From: Botryllus schlosseri
Lineage: Eukaryota
NCBI GenBank assembly: GCA_051294905.1
Contig: CM119371.1
Span: forward strand, 8,434,001 to 8,498,000
DNA: 64,000 bases
Direction of reading: 5' to 3'
Both the position numbers and the translations under genes were made by a program. The notes beneath the pieces were generated by a model. The model made no database searches and was not told where the DNA came from. It saw nothing but the letters and a program-made list of their open reading frames with translations. Of this stretch, positions 52,301 to 64,000 are shown piece by piece; within the stretch, counting starts at the first letter, position 1; each line of letters starts with the position of its first letter.

Positions 52301-53255
52301 TCAGCTATCCAACAGTTTTGAACAAATGAAAATGTGAATGCGAACAAAATTTGTAATTTGTGGTTATCAGGAGCTTCTTTCCTTTTGTGTTTATTTTAAG
52401 TGTACATACTTAAGACCCCCCCCCCCCCTCCCGAACTTTTGGTTGTTAACGGTTAGCAGTATTTGTAATTGTAATTTGACATTTTAGCACGTAGTAATTT
52501 TAATGCAATTGAAATATACAAGGGAGTGCTTGTAATTGTTAATGAAGTGAATTGGTAATTAAACCGACTCTGCTTGGAACAAGCTATTTGTAATATGCTT
52601 CGGAATAAGTTAATTTGACTGGTAATGATTAAGAGCGAATAAAAACGGACCATATCGGCCGTTATATGTTGAAGGGATTCATGAGCAAGACGGTGTTAGA
52701 TTTGTAAACGTGGCTCACTCTACCGGTTTCTATAAGCAGCTCATCTGTATATTGAAGCTGCAGTTACGCAAGGCGTTCCTCTGAAGTCGCTATAGGCCGG
52801 CTCTGACTTCCATTAACGATATGCCATTTACCTCATCGGAAATTAGTATAATAAGCACGCTGATGTCGTGTCTCTCGTTCCATGTTCAATCGCGGAAATT
52901 AAAGAAGACTGGTTGACTTGCATTGCCAAGGTGTATCGTAGCAATGAATAGTCGTTACAAGTATGCACGACGCACGTTTGTGCTCTGTAACAAGGGATTG
53001 TTGATTTTAAGATGGAGATGTGTCTGAATCGATCACTGAAAAAAAAAGACGGGCTGCAAGAAATGCGGAGTGCGCATTGCAAAGGTGTTCTTTGGGATCG
53101 TCGGCATCGGGATAATTTTTGCGGTGGCGTTCATCGTGATAGAGGTCCTACGATCTCGTGGGTTGGCTTTTAAATATTTTTGGGACCCATTCAAACAGGC
53201 TCGAAAAAATCCTGATTCGCTTTTCCTGCTCGACCAAGCACCAAAAAGTGGCTGA
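40311..53255 (+). CDS. Putative multi-exon gene for a single-pass membrane protein (candidate exons 40311-40436, 48235-48306, 49039-49254, 53012-53255); family not recognised
   Basis: The first three exons have AG acceptors, GTAAG donors, lengths divisible by 3 and phase-1 junctions that join in frame. The last exon encodes a TM helix (VFFGIVGIGIIFAVAFIVIEVL) but needs one A removed from the A9 run at 53039-53047. Confidence 0.45.
40558..41759. mobile_element. hAT (Charlie-type) non-autonomous element
   Basis: TIR CAGAGGTCTCAAA / TTTGAGACCTCTG; exact 8-bp TSD CTCTAGAC; GGGCCGC...GCGGCCC subterminal palindrome. A partial relative lies at ~45165-45483. Confidence 0.92.
42079..43037. mobile_element. 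piggyBac-like non-autonomous element nested in the hAT MITE
   Basis: TTAA on both sides; TIR CCCCTTTAATGGGGGG / CCCCCCATTAGAAGGG; the hAT homology resumes after it. Confidence 0.85.
43327..43880 (-). pseudogene. 3' exons of an MFS transporter (SLC16/monocarboxylate transporter-like)
   Basis: Peptide ...ILGITYAPFGSLHVVLYTEVFGVENMTHALSYEGFLSTIFTLPVTYLLG|IMIDLTGEVRIAYYVCGVLMGLAA... resembles MCT TM10-12; clean 55-bp GTAAGT...TACAG intron at 43497-43551. No upstream exons recognised. Confidence 0.75.
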
Positions 53256-54536
53256 GAGCACGGTAATGAAGTGTGATCCCCGCGTTTCATATCGAGGTTG
53301 ATTTCGATCAACCTCCAGTAAACGTGTGCTGGGTATATTGATGTGTTTGCAATTGTACAGGACGGGTATAGAAATTCATAATTGATAGGTTTAGATAAGA
53401 CATTGAGATGGTTTTGCCGTTTGCATCGTGGTACTAAATAGTGGTGACTTAGCAATAGGGTTTGGTAACGAAATTTTTCTTACGAACCGCGGTGGTTTGG
53501 TTACGGTACCAGAGTTCAACGTAATAAAGATATCTGACAAACAAATAAATGCGTTATTTAGGGTTACCGTATTTTGGGGTCCGGAAAAGCGTGCACTTTT
53601 TACAAATCATAACACGTATAAAATCGAACGAGATAGCGGGTTAGATGAAATTTTTACCCCTAGAAATACTGTGTTGACTAAAGGTCATTGTTCAAAATCG
53701 GTAGTCCAGTAATAGCGTCAGTTCTTGATCATCTTTCTCTTCGCTGCCGACTTTAGTTGTGCCTGTGCAATCGCCTGTCCGTTTAAGCTATAAAAGAAGG
53801 ACGGATTTCCACAACAGGACATTTGAGAGTGCTCAGAGGAAATTTACGATTTCTTGTAAAAGGGGGGACCTAGGGTAACCCTGCGTTTTGTACTTGGCTA
53901 AACGTAGTCCTTGATTGGCATTCAGCTTGGGCGCCCTATTGTTCCGTAAAATGAAAATGTCCAACTTTGTCGGAGATGATAGGGGGTTTTACTGCCCGGA
54001 CGAGATTTTAATTAGTATTTTCGGAATCAGTGAGAAAGTAGTTTTCGATTGAGACTGGTTTGATTAAATTTTGCGCTCTGGTAGCTGGTCGCCAGCACTA
54101 AGATGATATCCAGTAGGCTGCACCAGTTATGTCAATGATACCCAGTAGGCTGCACCTGTCAATGATACCCAGTAGGCTGCACCAGTTATGTCATAATATC
54201 TTCTACATGTTGTGATACGAGAACGACTCGTATAAGCATAGTTTTAGAAACTTACGTGGATAACTGCAGACGAACAGGTCATTGCGCAACTCGTATAGGA
54301 TACAGTCCGGTACGGTCACCAGGTCACCACTATACAAGAGTGCAGTTATGTTCTTGACTGACGACTGTAATCATAAACTAGGTAAATTCAGGCTTAGTGA
54401 TTTTCCCTGGTAACATGCAACATTACAATGTTAGAAATAGCTGAAAATGCTTGTATTATTATTACAGCCACCGAAACAAGCGAAACAAAATAAGATGTAA
54501 TTTTGGAACTGTTTGAAGCAAGTCGAACAACTCTCG

Positions 54537-54760
54537 GCATCATAAACTACTGGGTATTCCTTCAAAATAGCACATTACTCGCTAAACTATGTACCGTGCA
54601 TCTAGTTTTTACCCACATCCCGCACCAGTCGCAATTCCAGCTTCCAGCATCATAAACTACTGGGTATTCCTTCAAAATAGCACATTACTCGCTAAACTAT
54701 GTACCGTGCATCTAGTTTTTACCCACATCCCGCACCAGTCGCAATTCCAGCTTCCAGCAT
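54537..54760. repeat. Perfect 110-bp tandem duplication
   Basis: CATAAACTACTGGGTATTCC...CCAGCTTCCAGCAT starts at 54541 and again at 54651. Confidence 0.95.
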
Positions 54761-56469
54761 TTAACATACACAACTGCACCTGCAACCACATTACGAAACT
54801 GTTATCTCGGGAATGGAAGCGCGGTTCAAATTTCCAGAACAGGCTAGAAGTCACGCTTGGTTCACAATGTACAGTAAAGTGCACCCATTCGACTTATTTA
54901 GTTATATTTACTCGGAATAAAACTAGGATTCATGCTCAGGTAGCGAAACGGACGATACTCACGAGACAATGAATACAGGCTATATATAATGACCATAAAT
55001 CAGAAAATAAACTTTTCGACCGAGTAACACGAATTTAAACTGATGACAGCACTCTATCAAAGCGCAACGGTATCTACAGGATCCAAATAACTTCCCACAT
55101 CAGAATACTTACCACCAAATTGGAATTCATACCGAATAATTTGATCCTCAAGATCATCATTTTCACGTATTTTGAACATGCCTCTGAAACATAAAAAAAC
55201 GAAACCCTAAAATAACCCTTCCAAACCATCCCGAAGGGTTTTTTTACGGTTCTGTGTTTGCTGGGTAGAAATTTCTAAGACATTTCAAAACTACTTAAAG
55301 TGGAAGAAGAAATAAAAAGTCTGAAAATTACTTCAATTCAGTAGATATTTAAGTATAATTGATCGGGCGGAGGTTGGTCGCATCTTTTCAACAGTTACTC
55401 GAAGGTAGCTACACACGAAATCGTGACATGCCCCTTCTCAGCTAACGTAAAATGTTTATAATGACGCTACCCATAGGTCACTGGTTCGAATTTTTTCTCG
55501 CCCACAGACCATTTCGAGGTTTTCTAGAGTGCTCGCGTACGCGTACCACCTACTATAGATAACTGACCTACGGATGGATACGCAACAACGGTCGTCACTG
55601 CTCAGCAATCTGAACGGCGAACGCAACATAATTGGTATCTGGTAGCAATGAATTCGCATCATATTACTTCGGTAAATATGTATTTAATTAAATTTGCTTA
55701 CGAATTGGCGGATAGCATGAACTATGAGCAATGAGCATTGGCTTTGTAATACATGGACGTAGTATGGAATATATTTTGGCCGTAACGTGATTCGATTTTG
55801 ACCTGCATAGTATGCTTTACGATTAGTTCTCTTCAACGTTCAAGGTGAAGGAAATGAATTTGCGTGACAACAATTTCTCAGCAACAGCACTACGTTTCAC
55901 TTCTCGGACATCGTCGGAATGAATCGCTATCTCGAAAATTGGATTGGGAAGTGAGATCGATTCTATGATTCAGTTGTGTACTAACAAGTATATAGGCGCC
56001 GAACTATAATTTATGTTGATATAAGGATACATATGACGTGACAATCGCTCGTGATTCAAGACGTCATAGTCGTGATAGAAGGCATTATACGACATATCCT
56101 CTGCATTGATGCTGTTTAAAAAAAATCTGAAATTGTTAGGTTGGCGAAAACAATGCTGTACAGCAACTTTGGGGTAATTGTAACCAGTAGAAGCGATTTA
56201 CTTGCAGTAGAAACTTTTGGATCTATCATGGAAAATACAAAAAAAAATCAAAATTTTTCTGTCAATCTCAAAAAAATGATTAGGCTGTCAGTAGAGATGA
56301 TGCACACCGAAAATGGCTCAATTCCAACCACTACAAGCGAAGTTATTGCAGCAGAAAAATTTGGATTCGAATAATATAGTTTTACGGTGGGTAACTCTTT
56401 AATTGTTTATTGAAATAGCGCGTTCGTGGTACAGAACTTGAATATAGCTTTCAATATAACATCCATTGT

Positions 56470-57425
56470 AGTATGTATGTATAGGGGGTAGGGGGGTGCT
56501 TCTCGGCTAACTGGGGCCTTTTGCACCATGGCTGTTTCGTTCATCAATACAACTGTAAGTCTTTAGTGGACAATATAACAAAAGCTAACCGTGATTGTAC
56601 TGTGGGAGGACTTTTCAATAGCGAACTAAGCAGAAGTGGAATATTTTGTCGATGTGCGGATTGAATTAGATGGACCCTGGCGGCTCGATCGTAGCGATTG
56701 CATGAAGTAAGAAAATGCACAAACGTCTCTAGTTGATTACACGTGTCGCACAGTACAGTTTCATGAAGACCAAGTCTATACAGATGGGCGTTCAGTCGAC
56801 AATGCCCCGTTTGCATCCTAATGAGAATAGATGATTCTCTACGGGAAAGCCGCGGCATGTTCGTATGATCATCGATGCTTGAAAAAATTCGTCGAAATTG
56901 CGACTCAATGTCGATTTGAGTCCAGTGATTATCCAATTTGATTTTGCAGAATTCGTGGATCAGGGTTCTTGCTTCGTTCGTAGATATGTCCTGTTTTTCT
57001 ATGTTGTTTGGTAGATCGTTCGCTGCGTCTCGCGCCAGTTGATCAGCTCTCTCGTTGAAACCAACATTCTTGTGTCCAGGTATCCATACCATCGAAACTG
57101 CTTTCTTATTGAAGGCCAAGGCGTTTTTGCGTTCTTGTATATCAATGACGATGCTATCCGTTGTATTGGTCGTGTTAATTGCTGTCAGAGCGCTTTTGCT
57201 GTCTGAAAAACTCGTGATGTTAGAATTTGGCAAGCAATTTACCGTAACCCAGTCCAATGCTGCTCTTATTGCAATAAGCTCTATTGTAGTAGAATATTTA
57301 TTGAACTCGAAGACTTTTCGGGTGCGTCTCTCAGAACAAGAAAAATGGATATAGTAGCGTAGATATGATACACCTGCCTTTACAAATATATAATTGTTTC
57401 TTGTAATAACTGGCCCCGCAGGCAT
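56470..57425 (-). mobile_element. 5'-truncated non-LTR retrotransposon (I-group-like): RNase H, C-terminal CCHC finger and 3' tail
   Basis: ORF 56544-57425 contains ELIAI..AL, FSDSKSAL, WIPGH...NERADQLA (RNase H), then RMQTGH...C..C...ET..H....C. A short TACA-repeat tail lies at ~56470-56483. Confidence 0.9.
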
Positions 57426-57448
57426 AGTGAATAAACTAACCTCTCAGC

Positions 57449-58969
57449 CATTGTTCCCTCTAAGCTGCGCACGTGCGCAAATGCGCAGTGCTGAAACGGT
57501 CTCTGCGCACAGAAAATCTAAGCTGCGCACAAGAAATTCGAAGTGATGATTTTTAGTCGTTGTGCACTGTTGTCCAATGGACCACGCTGGCGCGCAGACT
57601 CGGGACAAATTAGATGGAACATTGTCACGGGCAAATAGTGTTATCACTGAAGTCTGAAACCGAGGTACAAGAGCGGCCCGCAAAAGTAAATATTGCGCTC
57701 CGTGAGGAAATGAGAATTTACAATCACGTGCGACTCACGGAATATACTTTTTAAAGTATGGTCTCGTACGCGTGAACGATGCTGATATCATTTCAATAGC
57801 GCAGTATTTTCTGGGAATGGCTAAATAACATGTTTTACCAAAGTTATAAATAACAATGGGCTAGCTCAAAGTTAATCTGCGAGAAACTACCGAATAGTCT
57901 TCTCCGTTTCGCATGAACATGGCGTAAGATTTACATAGGACCGTAACTGCCGCACCAAAACCCCCATTTGGAAGGGCCGAGCTCGAAGGGGGCCAAAATT
58001 ATTTCGTGAATTAACATAAATCATAGTGATTTTTTTGGAATAATTAAGGAACTATTTTCGCGCTAGGCGCGATTTAATACTGTCAGATATATTTAATATG
58101 GGTTACCCTTTCCCAACAAAAAATACACATGCTTTATAGAAATGGGCACTTGGGCGTCGGCCATTACCGCACCATAACGCGGCATGACATATGAAGTTAC
58201 ATGCTATGTAACATCCGACTCTGAAAAGTGCGCCAGAGCGATCAGCAGTTAGAAAATCTTGGTCGAAAAGGACTGCCCTTATGCTGACCTAAAACTTCGA
58301 TATACATATATGTTTAATTGTCCATGTCCATAGGCGCCTAAATAGCTGGCGCCGAATGTTCCTGTTCTGACGATCCGAGTCCCACCACAAGACAAATGCC
58401 ATTTCGAGGGAACATTATTTTCCGGTAAAGAAATGCCAATTTGAAATCGTGCATACGTCTTTTAGTTTAGTACGTTTGGGCGATTTCAATATCTTTCGAC
58501 ACAGCAGATGGGAGGTCCCGAAATAGCATCATGGGGGGTCCCGAAATCACGTAACGACGTCATTATACCAACGGGTACGCCCGAAGATTTCATTATTATT
58601 AAAAGGGCCAATCTATTCCAACACACCTCACTCGATCAGCGCTACCGGTAAATTTGATTATGTGAGCATGGAGAGGATAAAAATTGATAGCAATATATAT
58701 GCAATACCCGATGATACTGGCCGATGCAATCATGGATTATATAAAATTTTGACGCTTCGCGCGTTTAGGCGACACAACCACTAAACGGGGCCCAATGTAG
58801 ACGAAAATGACCGGACAAAAGCCTAGAGGCCAAGGGGGTCTAGGGCGCGAATCCCCCCAGAAGTTAGTTTTATCACCCTATGGGGGGATGGTTGCGCACT
58901 GTTGTCCAAGGGCCTGCGCAGTGAGTTGACCTGTTTGCGCAGACTCGTGAAAAATTAGAGGGAACATTG
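57449..58969. mobile_element. Non-autonomous hAT-type element
   Basis: TIR CATTGTTCCCTCTAA / TTAGAGGGAACATTG; exact 8-bp TSD CTCTCAGC; TGCGCA subterminal repeats. Confidence 0.9.
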
Positions 58970-59457
58970 CTCTCAGCTACTGGAGAATATTTTGCAATTT
59001 AGTATAGATGCTCAAGTTCGAAAGTCGGGGCGTGGTTATAGGGCAGAGCGCAATGATTCGTGAGCTCGAATCTGAATCAAGCTTCAATTGTACTGATTCG
59101 AGTCGAGTAGTGAGAAACGATTCTTTCGAATACCTAAATTATGCATCACTAGCAGTTAATTTATCAACGGCAGCAATAGTTACGGCAGTGTTTTTACGGT
59201 AGGCTACTGCACTGTTTTCTACTGGCTCATGATTATTCTGCTTTGCAAATAGTAATTACCGACACAATGTGAGAAAGAGAAGAATTGGCTGCATCAGTTT
59301 TACATAAATTCGTTTGTCGGCACCAAATAAATTTGGTTCGGTTGGCGTGCAAATCGGGCAAAAGGAAATGTGCTTTCGTGGGGTGGTTAGAACAATATTT
59401 TATGGGACAGAGACTTCATGACCACGATATTTGAAGAGATGGCGCAATGATTTAAAA

Positions 59458-60562
59458 CAGTGGTTCCCAACGTGGGCGATTTTGCGGTCCAAGGGGGCGA
59501 AAACTATTAGGGGGCAAGTGTGCATTAAAACACCTATATTGGAGTCAGGGCCGTAATTGCCGCACCCCAAACCCCTTTGGGGGCGGGGTGCCCGAACTCG
59601 AAGGGGGCCCGAAAGTATTTCGTGAATTTTTATGTTTTAGAAATTCATGCACGCTCAGAGCGATCTTGTGTTTTCATATATCTTTATTTCGGGGTACCCG
59701 TCACCCAACAAAAATACGCAAGCTTTATGGAAATGGGAGACTTCAGCGTCGGCCATTACTGCGCCTCGACACACCAAGACATATGATGTTAGAGGCCATG
59801 TAACATGCGACTCCGAGAAGTGTGCCAGAACGATCAGCAGCGAAAATACCTTTGCCGAAAAGGAATGTCCTTCTGCTGACCGAGAACTTCGATATATATA
59901 CCGTAGGCCTACATATATGTTTAATTGTCCTAGGTGCCTCAGTGGCTGGCGTGGAATGATCCTGCCCTGGCGACCTTGACCCTACAGGAAAAATGCCATC
60001 CCGCTAGGAAAAAAATATTTGTCAGTAAAGAAATACCAATTTGAAATCATGTACTTCATGTTTTTAGTTTGGTACGTTTTGACGATTTCTACATCTACTG
60101 ACATAGCAGATATAGGAGGTCATGAAATAGCAACATGTAACGAAGTCAATTTAACAACGGGTCCTGTATTTTCCAGCATAACACATTCAGTTCTGCCGGT
60201 AAATCTGAATACGTGAGCAGAAAGAGGATAAAAATCGATAGCAATATATATATATATGCAATTCCCGACCATATTGACCGATTCCAACATGAATTATATA
60301 AATTTGTTGCGTTTAGGCGACGATATGTGACTCACCAAACAGTACATGGAATAGGGTATAGCTTATATGTAGCAACAAAAAGTCCACTGGCTGAGAGGCG
60401 TCTGGCGGGCTTGGTTTATCACCCTATGGGGCCAAAGAACAACGTTTTTTTGGCGGGGGGGGGGACGAAGTTCTGTTTTCCGGTTCCCAATATTTGGGGA
60501 GCGATTGAACGGTGTGGAACTTCGAAAGGGGGCGATGAGTCGAAAAAGGTTGGGAACCACTG
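59458..60562. mobile_element. hAT (Charlie-type) non-autonomous element
   Basis: TIR CAGTGGTTCCCAAC / GTTGGGAACCACTG; exact 8-bp TSD ATTTAAAA. Confidence 0.92.
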
Positions 60563-63254
60563 ATTTAAAACGATTTGCTTCAAAATATATACATAGACGC
60601 ACTTATGCGCGTTCAAGCCGCTCTCATGAAAATTAGGCTGCCACCGCGCACAAGTGTGTAGGGTGAAGACAGGTTTGTAAATGATACAGATAAAAGTTTG
60701 TAATATGCGACTGGTCGTGACTATATTTAATCGGCTAATGAATGGAATTTTGCCAAATCCCTTTTGCGTGGAAATAGGTTGCTAAAATAGATCCCTAATA
60801 ACAAGTGATGTTGTTCATAGGCTATTAATGGTAGGGATGCAATTATGCATCCGCTTGAAAATACTGCATTTTAACACAGATAACGGGTACTGATTTTGAA
60901 AAAATATTCCGGCATCATTTGACTGGACCGGACTGTAAGCGATCAAATGGTATGAATGTGGGCAGCGACATATGAATGTGGGCAGTTCGACTCCCCTGCT
61001 ATATGGCATGCTCGTTAGGCATCACCTTGTTGGATGAGGCCGTTACGCCGTGTTTTCTCTTCATTATAAAGGATTTGGCATTAAACCACTCAGAGGTATT
61101 TGGTTTCTCAGCCTATCAATGGTATACATATAGCTCCTATTCCACCAGGACAAAGGAAATTGAACGATACCCCTTACTATTTTGCAACAACGACAAAAAT
61201 AAGCGATGTCAGATTAGAATTAGTCACGTGCCGCGCGGTATTGTTGCAACCATAGAAAAATAACGGACATCTCTATTCAGGAGTCGACATAGAACTCCAA
61301 ATCAAAACAAGGTCCGTCGATTGGAACAATCTCGACGTTTCAATATTGTTTGAGGATCATATCATTGCGGTGAAATGAAGGTAAGTTATACGCCGCAGTT
61401 AGCGGTGTGTTGAGACGTCCTTTGGTCTGAAAGGTAATCTCGATCTTTATTCACGAGTCCATTGACTGGACCAGGGGTCGGGAGCCTATCGTTCGGTAGC
61501 CGTAACCGCTGGCCTATATATGATTCTTTTTATGATATGATACTGTTTTTCCGATAAATATTTAGTTCTACAAATATTGAAATACTATTTATATATTAAT
61601 ATAGCGTATCTTGAGAATAGCATGTTTGTAAATTTTCATTATGGCATCGAATCAGTATCGTTCTGGTAGCTGAAACAAAGTTTATGTGAGGTCAAGATAG
61701 TGGCATATATGCATAGGATTTCGTAACTCCTTTCAAAATCATGAGCATTGATGTTAAATATTGCCTGGTGATAATTGCACATTTACAGTAGTTCCTTTAT
61801 ATAAAATAGCAAATAGAGTACCTCAGTTATAACAACATCACTGTGTACTGTACACCGAAAATATGGCGCTTACGAGGAACTCGATGCAGTGAGCGATTTC
61901 GTGATGTTGTGAGTCGTGTCGTGACGTAACACAAGTAACATATCATTTTTTTAGTGATTATATTTGAAGATTTGACGTTCGCCGAAGGCTTGCAGATTAG
62001 TTAAACGCTTTGATGGTACAATTAATGAAACGCTGTAATAGACTCATTTACTCATATTGGTTTTAACTATGAAATCGAATACTGGTACTACCGTTTGATG
62101 TCAGATTGCAGTATATTCTCTTTGTGCTGGAGTGTTGAGCGGGCCAGACTCAGATATAAATTGAAGATATTAGTGCGACCACTTTCAAATGACAATAAAC
62201 TTCAGTTAAGTCCACTATATGGAGACAATAAATGTACATAGTTTTATCAACTTCGTACGTCCCTACGAGGAGTATCATTTGGATTAAAATGTTGTGTTTG
62301 ATTTATACCGTAATGTTAGTTTGAGGTCGATTTTGGTTTCGTGTACCAGGGTGTATATTCAACACATCCATTTATAACGGGTAATAGACGGATGTGGTGA
62401 ATACAGACGTTTTCGCTAGGAGTATACGGAGCATGATTGGTCCTATCGCATCATATACGGTGCGTTGGAAAGCACCACATGTTGATGAAACTGACATATA
62501 TGTGAAGCAGAGATGACCACACAGATTGTCACAAACTCAAATAAAGTAATTATGGTCGAAAACAACATGGAATAATATTTATTTTGACGAAACACTGGCA
62601 TTATTTGGCATTATGTTATTGGTGGACAGGGAAAAAGTACCAATTTGACATTTTAACATCCTTCACACTGTTCTGACGTCACCCTTATACTCGATCCAGA
62701 ACTAAATCTATCAAGTATCTAATTTTGCCCATAAAGAAGTGCAAAGTTTTACTAATTTTGCATCAAATTCATCAATACAAAATACAATAAAAGATCGCTC
62801 TATTGCTTTTGTGACCTAAATTGATACCTTTCGCGACCCATACTTTACAAATCACTGACCTAAAAGATCTGATCTGGTTATTTTTACGTAATCATATGCG
62901 TGGACGTGACAACGTTATTTTATTGCTGTTTAGATGACTCTCTGGTGCTAAGAAGGACAATCATGGGGTTGCGTTTACTTGTGCCTTACGCTGATTTTGC
63001 AATCAAATATTACCGACCATAGTGAAGTAACCAATCACTATCTAGTTGAAAGACGTGACTGTTTTGTAGTTGGTTTCAACGTTAGCAAGTCGCGGACAAA
63101 AACAACCACGCCTACCTTCCTATTCCATGTCTGTTATCTGCGAAAGCTCGGGCATTAATCAGACATCTGCGGTGGATCAAAGTTGCCAACTAGTTCTTCG
63201 AACTGCGGCTGCATGTCGGGTGTAGGAACCGTTAGTAATGAATGCACGTAAACA

Positions 63255-63450
63255 TCAGTTGAATTGAAATGCAGCGTAGCCTAGTCTATGGTTGATGTTC
63301 ACGGCCGATATTGTTTGGTCGAAAATGTCTGTAGACCCGAAAAGAATAAGTAATTTCATCACCATCTTTCTCAGGTTTTCAGACTTAGATTCATTTTGTG
63401 ACGCATAAAATTTGTCAATACTTTCAGATAGGAATTTCACTTTCAAGGTA
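63255..63450 (-). pseudogene. hAT transposase C-terminal remnant
   Basis: NLRKMVMKLLILFGSTDIFDQTISAVN resembles the Buster-type FGSTYxCEQxFSxM motif. Confidence 0.6.
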
Positions 63451-64000
63451 AAAACTCTCTGCGGCCTCTCAAAATCACGCCGTGGGCCTACTTTCAAGGT
63501 GAAGTTTGGGCATCATTTGGCATGACCGGTCTGTAAGCGACTAAAATAGTCTGAATGGGACCAGCTATAGAAATTGAGTTCGACTTGCCTGCTATATAGC
63601 ATCTACGTTCAGCATCACGTTGTTCAAAGAAATCGGTATTGCCATGTTGTTCTATATCAGTGGTTCTTAACTTTGCCTCTGCGCCTGTCGATTTTGAAGG
63701 GGGCGGTAACGCTCAGGGGGTGATATGGAGGGGAGCTGGACTCAAAGGGGCGCAATAGGCACGCTAAAGAAAAATGGCTTCGTATTAGATGATGTGCATG
63801 GTAATAAGACATATCCTTAATGAGTATTCAGAGCAAATTAACATCCCACAGAACATGTCAAATCCCGAAAATTTTGGTCGATGTTTGCTACGTATCATTT
63901 TATAAATGTAGTGGCTTCTATAATTCACGTAAATCGAATTGTGCGTACCTTTAGAGTCCGCTTGTACATAAAATAAGTTTTGACGCTTTGTGCAGTCGAA

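Noticed and set aside
54105..54195. Three short repeats of CCAGTAGGCTGCACC
   Set aside because: Ordinary local slippage duplication with no further structure.

Overview
AT-rich, repeat-dense eukaryotic DNA. It is probably from an invertebrate animal; short introns and the MITE repertoire would fit a tunicate, but that is inference. The dominant structure is a 13.3-kb insertion (24860-38161) that is almost entirely a palindrome: two ~6.2-kb inverted arms around an 864-bp spacer, with AGTAGT...ACTACT ends and a perfect 6-bp target-site duplication (ATCATA). These are Polinton/Maverick-type ends. I could recognise no polymerase, integrase or capsid gene in it; its only recognisable gene is a tandem OB-fold (RPA/SSB-like) gene, present once per arm. 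The rest of the window holds an intact XK-related ORF plus a broken duplicate, and a disrupted intronless gene ending in an AF9/ENL AHD-like domain. It also holds SLC16/MCT-like exons inside a split hAT MITE, a putative multi-exon membrane-protein gene, a 5'-truncated RNase H-bearing LINE, and many hAT, Tc1/pogo and piggyBac-type non-autonomous elements with readable TSDs. Family assignments come from motif recognition by eye, not database searches.
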